The notes under the pieces are model-generated. The model did not search any database, was not told where the DNA came from, and saw only the letters and a program-made list of their open reading frames with translations. The translations under genes and the position numbers were made by a program. A DNA stretch of 32,000 nucleotides from Opitutales bacterium (lineage in GTDB: Bacteria > Verrucomicrobiota > Verrucomicrobiia > Opitutales > PNEW01), in assembly GCA_965219535.1 (NCBI GenBank), contig CBDCNV010000002.1, forward strand, positions 1,950,001-1,982,000, in the 5' to 3' direction. Shown piece after piece: positions 17,382 through 26,770 of the stretch. Numbering within the stretch: position 1 is the stretch's first letter; every line of letters starts with the position of its first letter.

Positions 17382-17879
17382 TCAACGATCGGCTGATGAT
17401 GGAACTTTATTTTTAACGGTGTGAGTATCGATTTTCATGATCGTGACTTCGTGACCAAGGTAATCCAACTGTTCCATAAATTTCCAGCCGAGGCCTTCAT
17501 AGAGATTCACTTTATCGAAAGTAAAGAGATATAGGATTGGAAAGTTCAGTGCATTTGCTTTTTCCACCACTCGATTTACCAAGGTTGAACCAATGCCTTG
17601 ATTGCGATGCTGAGCATGAACAAATACACTGGCTAACCAGGGTGATAATTCCTGACGCTCAGGCATATCATGCCAAACCAGGCTCGCTGAACCCACGGGG
17701 CCCAATTCTGAGAAGGCTGCAAATGTTAGGGGTACAGCAGCGGGATCAGTTTGTTCGCGCAGATTTTTAATTCTCCAGGTTACAGTTTTCTCCGGCCGAA
17801 ATTGACCCCATTCTTCATGGTGCCACCGGGCAATGGTTGGAATCAGTTCGGAGTGATTTGCCAGGTAATCGATTTGCAT
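17382..17879 (-). CDS. GNAT family N-acetyltransferase
   Basis: 165-aa ORF with acetyl-CoA binding motif A, VFVHAQHRNQGIGSTLVNRVVEKA. Confidence 0.8.
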   Translation of the reverse strand: MQIDYLANHSELIPTIARWHHEEWGQFRPEKTVTWRIKNLREQTDPAAVPLTFAAFSELGPVGSASLVWHDMPERQELSPWLASVFVHAQHRNQGIGSTLVNRVVEKANALNFPILYLFTFDKVNLYEGLGWKFMEQLDYLGHEVTIMKIDTHTVKNKVPSSADR

Positions 17880-18139
17880 GCGCCTATTGATTTTAATAAA
17901 ATAACTCTTTCCAATCGCCGCTGATTTTTGAGTCAGTAATTACAGCGTTTAGGTGTAGAGTAAATAGGGTAACTTACGTGATGCTGGACAAATAATGGAT
18001 GAAGACAAGATTATCACCGCGGTTACTGTTCTCCAGGGGTCAGATCGGGCAAAAATGGATTCAATTTTAAAATGAGGGGTGTTTGCGACACCATGTGCTG
18101 ATTTATTTAATATTTTTTTCAATTATTCGTCAAAAATGA

Positions 18140-18168
18140 TTGACTGGGTAACACGAAAACCCAAAATT
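18140..18168 (+). promoter_or_regulatory. Candidate sigma70-type promoter for tRNA-Thr/tuf
   Basis: TTGACT (18140..18145), a 17-nt spacer, then AAAATT (18163..18168), preceded by an AT-rich UP-like tract. The -10 element is poor (3 of 6 matches). Confidence 0.2.
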
Positions 18169-18220
18169 CAACTGCTTCACTCCAATCTCCTCCTATCAAT
18201 AGGCACCTTTACCTTCCAAT

Positions 18221-18296
<76 letters not shown>

Positions 18297-18362
18297 TTAT
18301 ATCCTTTTTGTTTTTGATCTCTTTGACTCACATATTAACAACAATAATATCCGTTTAAGTAT

Positions 18363-19553
18363 ATGGCTAAGGCAACATTCGAAAGAACAAAACCACACGT
18401 AAATGTGGGAACAATTGGGCATGTCGACCACGGCAAAACGACCCTCACTTCGGGCATATTAAAGGTTCAGTCAGAAAAGGGCTTCGCTGAAGCCTTGTCT
18501 TATGCTGATATCGCTAAAGGTGGCACCGTCCGGGATGATTCAAAGATTCTGACTATCGCGGTTGCTCATGTCGAATATGAGACCGAAAATCGACACTACG
18601 CTCATGTAGACTGTCCTGGTCACGCGGACTTTGTTAAGAACATGATTACTGGTGCCGCCCAGATGGATGGAGGGATATTAGTTGTCAGCGCAGCTGATGG
18701 ACCTATGCCGCAAACGCGTGAGCATATATTGCTCGCCAGGCAGGTGAATGTGCCGGATCTTGTCGTTTTTCTTAACAAGGTCGATATGGTCGACGATGAG
18801 GAATTGATCGAATTGGTGGAAATGGAGGTCAGAGATTTGCTGAATAAGTATGAATTTGATGGTGACAATATTCCAATTATTCGTGGTTCTGCCCTTGCTG
18901 CTATGGAAGGTAAGCCCGAAGGCGTAGAAGCCATTCAACAGCTTATGGAAGCCGTTGATACAAATATCTCAGAACCTGTCCGTGAAGTAGATCAACCCTT
19001 CCTGATGTCTGTAGAGGATGTATTTTCTATTACTGGACGTGGTACAGTGGCGACTGGCCGTATAGAACGAGGGAAAGTAAAAGTCGGAGAGACGATAGAA
19101 ATCGTTGGTCTGAAGGAGACCCAGAGCACCGTATGCACGGGAGTGGAAATGTTCCGTAAGATCCTCGATGAAGGGCAAGCAGGAGACAATGTTGGTATTC
19201 TCATGCGTGGAATAGAAAAAACTGACGTCGAGCGCGGTCATGTCATCGCTAAACCTGGATCAATTACTCCTCACACTGAAGCTAAAGCTGAAGTCTATGT
19301 ATTGACTAAGGATGAAGGCGGTCGACACACCCCATTCTTTAATGGTTATCGCCCCCAGTTTTATTTCAGAACGACCGATGTAACGGGAATTTGTACTCTG
19401 CCAGACGGTGTTGAAATGGTTATGCCAGGGGACAACTTGGGAGTCACTATCAGTTTACAGAAGGAGATTGCAATGGAGAGTGGCCAGCGGTTCGCCATTC
19501 GTGAAGGCGGCCGGACGATTGGTGCGGGTCGTGTTACAGAGATTATTAAATAA
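18363..19553 (+). CDS. tuf: Elongation factor Tu
   Basis: 396-aa ORF with [22 protein letters not shown] and SAL G-domain motifs and full-length EF-Tu similarity. Confidence 0.98.
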   Translation: MAKATFERTKPHVNVGTIGHVDHGKTTLTSGILKVQSEKGFAEALSYADIAKGGTVRDDSKILTIAVAHVEYETENRHYAHVDCPGHADFVKNMITGAAQMDGGILVVSAADGPMPQTREHILLARQVNVPDLVVFLNKVDMVDDEELIELVEMEVRDLLNKYEFDGDNIPIIRGSALAAMEGKPEGVEAIQQLMEAVDTNISEPVREVDQPFLMSVEDVFSITGRGTVATGRIERGKVKVGETIEIVGLKETQSTVCTGVEMFRKILDEGQAGDNVGILMRGIEKTDVERGHVIAKPGSITPHTEAKAEVYVLTKDEGGRHTPFFNGYRPQFYFRTTDVTGICTLPDGVEMVMPGDNLGVTISLQKEIAMESGQRFAIREGGRTIGAGRVTEIIK

Positions 19554-19640
19554 AAGAAAAATTGCTGCCTATTAACGACGGACGAAGACCCCCACAACCA
19601 GAGGAGGTTTTCAATTAAATAATTTACAACTTTTACGGTG

Positions 19641-19716
19641 AGGACAGTAGCTCAACTGGTAGAGCAACGGTCTCCAAAACCGTAGGTTGGGGGTTCGAAT
19701 CCCTCCTGTCCTGCCA
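19641..19716 (+). tRNA. tRNA-Trp (anticodon CCA), CCA end encoded
   Basis: AGGACAGTAGCTCAACTGGTAGAGCAACGGTCTCCAAAACCGTAGGTTGGGGGTTCGAATCCCTCCTGTCCTGCCA has anticodon loop CTCCAAA. It occupies the conserved tuf-tRNA-Trp-secE position. Confidence 0.93.
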
Positions 19717-19723
19717 GATAATT

Positions 19724-19948
19724 ATGGTAAACCCATTCCGCAAAGTAAGAATCTTTTTCAGTGAAACGATTCAGGAGTTAAAAAAAGCTTCCTGGCCTTC
19801 TCGTTTGGAACTCAGAGATTCTACAGTGGTGGTTATTATTGCAACAATCATCATTGGGATGTATATTACTTTAGCTGATTTTTCCGTATATAATTGGGTT
19901 ACCTTTTTAACGAAATTAGTTCACCCTGATTTTGGGGTTAATTCCTGA
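19724..19948 (+). CDS. secE: Preprotein translocase subunit SecE
   Basis: 74-aa ORF with a single C-terminal TM helix, the motif ETIQELKKASWPSRLEL, and a position directly upstream of nusG. Confidence 0.9.
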   Translation: MVNPFRKVRIFFSETIQELKKASWPSRLELRDSTVVVIIATIIIGMYITLADFSVYNWVTFLTKLVHPDFGVNS

Positions 19949-19975
19949 CCCTCAACGTCGCAATTTAGTTCATAA

Positions 19976-20551
19976 ATGACTGACACTAAAGAGATTACTG
20001 ACACTAAGTGGTATGTTATTCAAACCCTTTCGAACAAGGAGCAAGCCGTGAAACGCTATCTTGACCGCTACCTTGTAAGTGAGGAAATGGATGATTATAT
20101 CAAGGAAGTGTTGATGCCTACGGAGACTATCACCGAGGTTAAAAATGGTAAAAAGTCGCAGAAAGTCCGAAAATTTTATCCTGGTTATGTATTTCTTCAC
20201 ATGCGCCTCTATGATGATGATGGGCAAATTTTACAAAACCCATGGTATTTCGTAAATGGTGTAGATGGTGTTATTGGTTTCGTAGGAGGCAACCATCCAA
20301 CACCTTTAAAAGAAGTAGAAATTAACCGTATTCTTTCTCAAGTTCAAGAGGCTGATGGCAAAGAGGTGCCTAAGGTTAACTATGAAGTCGGTGAAGAAGT
20401 AAAAATTACCGACGGCCCCTTCCTCAATCTTAATGGAAATATAGACGAGATCGACCCGGAGCGTGGGAAACTAAAGGTATCTGTATCCATATTTGGCCGA
20501 TTTACCCCTGTGGAGCTCGAATATTGGCAAGTGGAACGATCAAGTGAATAA
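19976..20551 (+). CDS. nusG: Transcription termination/antitermination factor NusG
   Basis: 191-aa ORF with an NGN domain (KWYVIQTLSNKE..., FPGYVF) and a KOW motif (GEEVKITDGPF). Confidence 0.95.
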   Translation: MTDTKEITDTKWYVIQTLSNKEQAVKRYLDRYLVSEEMDDYIKEVLMPTETITEVKNGKKSQKVRKFYPGYVFLHMRLYDDDGQILQNPWYFVNGVDGVIGFVGGNHPTPLKEVEINRILSQVQEADGKEVPKVNYEVGEEVKITDGPFLNLNGNIDEIDPERGKLKVSVSIFGRFTPVELEYWQVERSSE

Positions 20552-20558
20552 ATAAGCA

Positions 20559-20984
20559 ATGTCTAAAAAAATCATCAACGAAGTCCGTCTGCAATTACCG
20601 GCTGGGGCAGCCAATCCGGCGCCGCCTGTGGGCCCTGCGCTCGGTGCTGCTGGGGTCAATATCATGGGCTTTTGCAAAGAATTTAATGCTAAAACTAAAG
20701 AGCAAGCAGGTCTCATTCTCCCGGTAGTAATAACTGTTTACGCCGACCGGTCATTTAGCTTTATCCTTAAATCACCACCTGCAGCGGTGTTGCTGAAAAA
20801 AGCAGCCTCAATAGCAAAAGGTTCGGGGACCCCTAATCGTGAGATGGTAGGTACGGTGACACGTAAACAATTAGCTGAAATTGTACACATCAAAAATAAA
20901 GATTTGAATGCGTCAGACGAGGATAGCGCAATTAGCATAATCGAAGGAACTGCCCGCAGTATGGGAATCGAAGTACTTGACTGA
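20559..20984 (+). CDS. rplK: 50S ribosomal protein L11
   Basis: 141-aa ORF containing [34 protein letters not shown]. Confidence 0.97.
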   Translation: MSKKIINEVRLQLPAGAANPAPPVGPALGAAGVNIMGFCKEFNAKTKEQAGLILPVVITVYADRSFSFILKSPPAAVLLKKAASIAKGSGTPNREMVGTVTRKQLAEIVHIKNKDLNASDEDSAISIIEGTARSMGIEVLD

Positions 20985-21021
20985 TTGTGTATACTATTAA
21001 TGGTAAATAAATTACAATACT

Positions 21022-21714
21022 GTGAAAATAGGTAAAAGATATCGCAACGCCCTTGAAGGGTATGATTCTACGCAAAAACATTCGCTTACTGACGCGGTGG
21101 ATTTACTCAGCAAGATGCCAAAAACCAAATTCGATGAAACCGTTGAGCTCTCCATCCATCTTGGGATTGATTCACGTCAGAGTGATCAAATGGTTCGTGG
21201 AATTGTTGATTTGCCTAATGGTAGTGGTAAAAAAATGCGCGTATTAGTCTTTACTGACGATCCTGAAGCCGCGCTGGAAGCAGGAGCGGATTACGCGGGT
21301 AAAGATGATTTGATCAAAAAAATACAGGAGGGCTGGCTGGAGTTTGATGTTGCCATATCTGCTCCTAAAGCGATGAAAGAAGTCAGAACTATTGCCCGTA
21401 TTCTTGGTCCCAGAGGACTTATGCCAAACCCGAAAAGCGGTACCGTGTCAGATGATATAGGAGGCGCGGTCAAGGCAATCACGCAAGGTGGCCGAGTTGA
21501 ATATAAAATGGATAAGCAAGCTAATGTTGGTGTTGTCGTCGGCAAACGTTCGTTCACCCCGGAACAGATTACCGAAAACATTAACCGTGTTCTTGATTCA
21601 TTAGGCCAGGTAAAACCCCAAGGGATTAAAGGTAGATATATATTAAGCGCGACTTTATCGGGAACGATGAGTCCTGGCATCAAGTTGGAACCTGCAGAAT
21701 ACTCCAAGTATTAA
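21022..21714 (+). CDS. rplA: 50S ribosomal protein L1 (GTG start)
   Basis: 230-aa ORF. The GKRYRNA N-terminus and the GPRGLMPNPKSGTV motif identify it. The first codon at 21022 is GTG. Confidence 0.95.
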   Translation: MKIGKRYRNALEGYDSTQKHSLTDAVDLLSKMPKTKFDETVELSIHLGIDSRQSDQMVRGIVDLPNGSGKKMRVLVFTDDPEAALEAGADYAGKDDLIKKIQEGWLEFDVAISAPKAMKEVRTIARILGPRGLMPNPKSGTVSDDIGGAVKAITQGGRVEYKMDKQANVGVVVGKRSFTPEQITENINRVLDSLGQVKPQGIKGRYILSATLSGTMSPGIKLEPAEYSKY

Positions 21715-21748
21715 TGATCAGTTTCTCAATAATTTTAACACCTTAATC

Positions 21749-22270
21749 ATGAGAGAAGAGATTAAATACCTTGTTCAAGAAGTTGGCACTTACCTCGATA
21801 AGTCTGACTATGTTTTTCTGGCTGACTATCATCGTATCACAGTGCTTGAAACTGCAGAGTTAAGAAGTTCACTCGCTGAACAAGAAGCTGAATTTCATGT
21901 CGTAAAGAACAGTGTACTTAATGTTGCGGCAAAAGAACGTGAATATATTGATTATGAAGATTGGTTGACGGGCCCGACGGCTCTTGTCACTGGTGGAAGT
22001 AATCCTCCAGGAGTAGCAAAGGTTCTCGAAAATTTTTTTAAAGATAAGGGAAAAGTAGAAGTTAAGGGTGGTTTTCTTGGAAAGAAAAACTTGCAGCCTG
22101 ATGAAATTCAGAGACTAGCTAAACTTCCGTCCATCGATCAGCTCAAAGCACAGCTCCTAAGCTTGCTGAATACTCCAGCTCAGCGGATGGTTACCATTCT
22201 TCAAGCAGGACCTAAAAGTCTGCTTAATGTGATTCAGGCTAAAGCAAGGAAAGAGGAGTCCGCAGCCTAA
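21749..22270 (+). CDS. rplJ: 50S ribosomal protein L10
   Basis: 173-aa ORF with L10-like sequence, positioned between rplA and rplL. Confidence 0.93.
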   Translation: MREEIKYLVQEVGTYLDKSDYVFLADYHRITVLETAELRSSLAEQEAEFHVVKNSVLNVAAKEREYIDYEDWLTGPTALVTGGSNPPGVAKVLENFFKDKGKVEVKGGFLGKKNLQPDEIQRLAKLPSIDQLKAQLLSLLNTPAQRMVTILQAGPKSLLNVIQAKARKEESAA

Positions 22271-22437
22271 GTTGGATCGACATCGGCTTTAATATTACCC
22301 TTTTCGTCTTTCATTAAAATAGAAAATAAGGATCAATAGAAATAACAAAACCAATTACCTGAGAACAGGTTAGGGGAAATATTCCCTTAAATATCAACTT
22401 GACTAAGTAGTGGTGCTAACCGTTCAAGGAGGAAATT

Positions 22438-22827
22438 ATGGCAGAGATAAAAAAAGAAGAAGTCATCGATTGGCTCAGTAGCCAGTCTGTATTAGAAATT
22501 GCAGATCTGGTTAAAGAGCTTGAAGATAAATGGGGTGTCAGTGCTGCTGCGCCCATGGCAGCGGTTGCAGTTGCACCAGGTGCAGTCGATGGAAGTGCAT
22601 CTGTACCAGAGGAGAAAACCGAATTCGATGTTATCCTCAAATCATTTGGAGGTAATAAAATTGCTGCCATTAAAGAAGTACGCTCGATTACAGGACTAGG
22701 ATTGAAGGAAGCAAAAGACCTGGTGGAAAGTGCGCCTAAGCCGATCAAGGAAGCTGTCGACAAAAACGAGGCCGAGGACATAAAAAAGAAACTCGAAGCT
22801 GTAGGTGCCGAAGTCGAGATCAATTAA
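22438..22827 (+). CDS. rplL: 50S ribosomal protein L7/L12
   Basis: 129-aa ORF with an Ala-rich hinge and the C-terminal domain [24 protein letters not shown]. Confidence 0.97.
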   Translation: MAEIKKEEVIDWLSSQSVLEIADLVKELEDKWGVSAAAPMAAVAVAPGAVDGSASVPEEKTEFDVILKSFGGNKIAAIKEVRSITGLGLKEAKDLVESAPKPIKEAVDKNEAEDIKKKLEAVGAEVEIN

Positions 22828-22969
22828 AAGCTGAGATCAGAAAAAACAATCAACTTTATTTAAGTTTGAATTAACCGATTCGGGAACTTTGCCGAACCGG
22901 ATAAATTGGCTATTGCCAGTTTATATCTCCCAAATCTAATCAACTATAATCTACAACGCATAAGCACCC

Positions 22970-25900
22970 ATGTCAGATCGCATTAATTTTGGTAAACTAA
23001 TTGAGGTCATAGCACCCCCAAATTTCATTGAAAATCAAATTCAGTCCTTTGATGCTTTTTTACAGACTCAATTCTCGCCAACCCAACGCAAGGCATTAGG
23101 ATTAGAAGCGGTTTTCCGCGAAGTATTTCCGATCGAAAGCTACGATGGTCGCTCCCATCTTCAGTATGTTTCGTACAGTCTTTCCGGACCGAAACTTTCT
23201 GAATTGGAATGTATTCGTGAAGGTGTGACCTATGCGATATCTCTCTACGTGAAATTACGTCTTAAAGAGGAAGATGCGATTAAGGATGAAGAGATATACA
23301 TGGGTGAAATGCCGATGATCACAGAGCGCGGGTCGTTCATCATTAATGGTGCTGAGCGGGTCGTTGTTAGTCAGCTTCATCGCTCTCCCGGTATTTGTTT
23401 TGAAGTGACGCCGCATACGAGCGGTAAATTGCTTTACAGTTTTCGTATAATCCCCGATCGCGGAACCTGGCTTGAAACTCAATTTGATAATAATGATCTT
23501 CTCTACGTCTACCTTGACCGTCGTCGTCGGCGTCGTAAGTTACTTATTACAACTCTCTTAAGGGCAATGGGATACAGCTCCGACTTCGATATCCTCAATT
23601 TATTCTATACGATCGATGAAATAAATCTTAAAAAGGCCTTAAACCAGGAAAACCTCAGTCGACTAGTCCTTGTTGAAGACGTCATCGACACTGAGCGAGC
23701 TGTAGTTCTCGCACGTGCATTTGAACCTTTGACCAAAACTATCATCCGCTCCATTGAGAAGAGTGGACTTGTCAGTGTGCGCGTGATTGACACTTCTGAC
23801 GATGAGGGAGCGATAATTCGCTGTCTAAAAAAAGACCCCACCCGCAATGAAGAAGAGGCGCTTAAAGATATATACAAACGATTGCGACCGGGAGAACCTC
23901 CCACAGTAGCCAATGCAAAGGCGCTTTTAAAACGGTTATTTCAAGATCCCAAACGTTATGATCTCGGTCGAGTTGGACGCTATAAACTGAATCAAAAACT
24001 GGGGCTTAACACAGATCTGGAAGTTCGTACACTTAACATCGAAGATGTTGTCGAAGCTACACGCTATGTCGTTCGTTTAAAACGGGGAGATGGTGTAGTT
24101 GATGATATAGACCACTTAGGTAGCCGCCGCGTTCGAACTGTGGGTGAGTTATTAATGAACCAATGCCGGATTGGTCTGGCTCGAACAGAGCGTCTAGTCA
24201 AAGAGCGCATGACCCTTTACGATCAAAGCGTGGACTCTATTACTCCACAGAAATTAATTAATCCCAAGGCCCTCAGCACGGTCATCCGTGACTTCTTCGC
24301 GCGCAGCCAACTGAGTCAGTTTATGGATCAAATAAATCCTCTGGCTGAACTCAAGCATAAGCGTGCTCTATCTGCTTTAGGGCCGGGTGGACTCAATCGT
24401 GAGAGAGCCGGATTCGAAGTGCGTGATGTTCATCCCTCCCACTACGGTCGTATTTGCCCGGTTGAAACTCCTGAAGGACCAAATATCGGGCTCATAAACT
24501 CATTAAGTATCTATTCAAGAATTAATGAGTTTGGATTTATCGAAACACCTTACAGGATTGTTAAAGATGGTCGTGTAACCGACAAAGTAGATTTTTTAAC
24601 TGCCGATCAGGAAGAAGGTCTGGTCATCGCACAGGCAAATTGCGAAGTCGATAGAAAAGGTAATTTTAAAGGCCATGTCACGGTCCGGAAAGGGGATGAT
24701 TTTCTCGAAGTGAGGCCCAAAAATGTCAACTATATGGATGTTTCCCCCAAGCAACTGGTTTCGGTATCTGCGGGACTCATTCCTTTTCTTGAGCATGATG
24801 ATGCCAACCGTGCGCTGATGGGTTCAAATATGCAGCGCCAGGGTGTTCCTCTCCTGCGCACCGAAGCCCCCTTTGTGGGAACTGGACTTGAGGAACGCGT
24901 AGCCGAAGACTCAAAAACTGTTGAAGTAGCTATTGCCAAGGGTGTTGTCGCGCTAGTCGATGCGCACAAAATCGTGACGAGTAAAGATGGTACGCTTCCC
25001 CCACGAGTTGAAAATAATCCCAAAAGTGATCCTAATGCGGATATTTATGTCTATGACTTGCGTAAGTTTATGCGCTCCAATGCGGGTTCTTGTTTCAATC
25101 AAAAACCGATTGTCAAGAAAGGTCAGAAAGTAAACGTTGGTGATGTTATCGCTGACGGTGCCTGTACCGATCAAGGTGAACTAGCGCTCGGGCGCAATGT
25201 TCTCGTCGCATTCATGCCCTGGAATGGATATAACTTTGAAGATGCTATTCTCATTAGTGAAAAACTGATTAAAAATGACGTTTTCACCTCTATCCACATT
25301 GAAGAATTTGAAGTAACCGCTCGTGATACAAAATTAGGTCCTGAAGAAATCACGCGCGATATTCCCAACGTTGGTGAAGAGGCGCTTCATAATTTAAATC
25401 ACGACGGAGTTATTCGCGTTGGCTCTGAGGTAAAGCCTGGTGATATTCTAGTTGGTAAAATCACCCCTAAAAGTGAAACTGAACTCGCACCGGAAGAAAA
25501 ACTTTTGCGCGCGATCTTCGGTGAGAAGGCAGCGGATGTAAAAGATACTTCATTACTGGTCCCATCTGGTGTGGAAGGTATCGTGATGGACATTAAAGTT
25601 TCCAGCCGGATTGACGCGGATAAAGAAAAACTCAGTCCCGCAGATCGCCGTCGCCAAATTAAAAAGATAAACGAGGAATACCGGACACAAATTGACAAAT
25701 TGCGTGAGGGTTTGACCGAGTCGCTTTCCAACATTCTCCTGGGAGAGAAAATTCCTCTCGATGTTACAAATAGTGAAACGGCAGAGATCATTATCCCCGC
25801 CAATCGCAAGATAACGAAAACACTGCTTCGCCGTCTAGCTTCAGTCTACAAGACGATTGAGATCGATCCTTCGCCGGTGCGTATCAAGATCATGGAGATA

Positions 25901-26746
25901 ATTGAATCTTTTCGGACTAAATTTAAAGATCTGGAAGACGAACGCGAACGCAAGATTGATTCGATTGAAGCCGGTGATGATATCGAATCTGGTGTTATTA
26001 AGCAGGTAAAAGTGTACGTAGCCACCAAACGAAAAATTCAGGTCGGTGATAAAATGGCCGGTCGCCACGGAAATAAGGGTGTCATTGCCAAGATTGTACC
26101 TGAAGAAGATATGCCCTACCTGCCGGATGGTACATCGATCGAGATATGCCTTAATCCTTTAGGTGTGCCCAGTCGAATGAATGTCGGACAGGTGTTGGAA
26201 ACTCACCTTGGTTGGGCTTGTGAAAAGCTTGGGATTAAAGTAGCGACCCCTGTTTTTGACGGAATTTCTGAAGAGCGCATCCGCGAATATCTGGGAGAAG
26301 CAGGATTACCCATGAGTGGAAAAAGCCGACTTTACGACGGTCTAACCGGTGTGCAATTTGATCAGGAGATTGTTGTCGGTTATATCTACATGTTAAAACT
26401 CAATCATCTAGTGGCTGATAAAATTCACGCGCGTGCGGTCGGTCCCTATAGCCTTATCACCCAGCAGCCATTAGGTGGAAAAGCCCAATACGGGGGTCAG
26501 CGATTCGGTGAGATGGAGGTGTGGGCACTCGAAGCCTATGGCGCCGCTTATACATTGCAGGAACTGCTTACCGTAAAATCTGATGATGTAAGTGGCCGGA
26601 CTAAAATATATGAGCAGTTGGTTAAAGGAGACAATAGCTTACAGGCTGGAACACCACAGTCATTTAACGTCCTAATGAAAGAAATGCAGAGTCTGTGTCT
26701 CGATGTAAGGTTGGGCAGTGAAGATCCTTTCGCACATCAGGAATAA
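22970..26746 (+). CDS. rpoB: DNA-directed RNA polymerase subunit beta
   Basis: 1258-aa ORF containing [12 protein letters not shown]...[22 protein letters not shown] and GRHGNKGV. Confidence 0.98.
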   Translation: MSDRINFGKLIEVIAPPNFIENQIQSFDAFLQTQFSPTQRKALGLEAVFREVFPIESYDGRSHLQYVSYSLSGPKLSELECIREGVTYAISLYVKLRLKEEDAIKDEEIYMGEMPMITERGSFIINGAERVVVSQLHRSPGICFEVTPHTSGKLLYSFRIIPDRGTWLETQFDNNDLLYVYLDRRRRRRKLLITTLLRAMGYSSDFDILNLFYTIDEINLKKALNQENLSRLVLVEDVIDTERAVVLARAFEPLTKTIIRSIEKSGLVSVRVIDTSDDEGAIIRCLKKDPTRNEEEALKDIYKRLRPGEPPTVANAKALLKRLFQDPKRYDLGRVGRYKLNQKLGLNTDLEVRTLNIEDVVEATRYVVRLKRGDGVVDDIDHLGSRRVRTVGELLMNQCRIGLARTERLVKERMTLYDQSVDSITPQKLINPKALSTVIRDFFARSQLSQFMDQINPLAELKHKRALSALGPGGLNRERAGFEVRDVHPSHYGRICPVETPEGPNIGLINSLSIYSRINEFGFIETPYRIVKDGRVTDKVDFLTADQEEGLVIAQANCEVDRKGNFKGHVTVRKGDDFLEVRPKNVNYMDVSPKQLVSVSAGLIPFLEHDDANRALMGSNMQRQGVPLLRTEAPFVGTGLEERVAEDSKTVEVAIAKGVVALVDAHKIVTSKDGTLPPRVENNPKSDPNADIYVYDLRKFMRSNAGSCFNQKPIVKKGQKVNVGDVIADGACTDQGELALGRNVLVAFMPWNGYNFEDAILISEKLIKNDVFTSIHIEEFEVTARDTKLGPEEITRDIPNVGEEALHNLNHDGVIRVGSEVKPGDILVGKITPKSETELAPEEKLLRAIFGEKAADVKDTSLLVPSGVEGIVMDIKVSSRIDADKEKLSPADRRRQIKKINEEYRTQIDKLREGLTESLSNILLGEKIPLDVTNSETAEIIIPANRKITKTLLRRLASVYKTIEIDPSPVRIKIMEIIESFRTKFKDLEDERERKIDSIEAGDDIESGVIKQVKVYVATKRKIQVGDKMAGRHGNKGVIAKIVPEEDMPYLPDGTSIEICLNPLGVPSRMNVGQVLETHLGWACEKLGIKVATPVFDGISEERIREYLGEAGLPMSGKSRLYDGLTGVQFDQEIVVGYIYMLKLNHLVADKIHARAVGPYSLITQQPLGGKAQYGGQRFGEMEVWALEAYGAAYTLQELLTVKSDDVSGRTKIYEQLVKGDNSLQAGTPQSFNVLMKEMQSLCLDVRLGSEDPFAHQE

Positions 26747-26770
26747 ACATTTTAAGAAGGAATACTAAAT

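Noticed and set aside
17995-18075. 26-codon ORF (MDEDKIITAVTVLQGSDRAKMDSILK) in the GNAT / tRNA-Thr spacer
   Set aside because: It has no RBS and no recognisable motif, and it is short enough to arise by chance. It cannot be supported without conservation or ribosome-profiling data.
18620-19597. Minus-strand ORFs overlapping tuf
   Set aside because: They are antisense shadows of a highly expressed, strongly codon-biased gene.
22875-22900. Hairpin CCGATTCGG...CCGAACCGG in the rplL-rpoB spacer as an attenuator
   Set aside because: The stem has a central A-C mismatch and no U-tract follows. It is plausible by analogy with the E. coli rplL-rpoB attenuator, but the sequence alone does not support a call.
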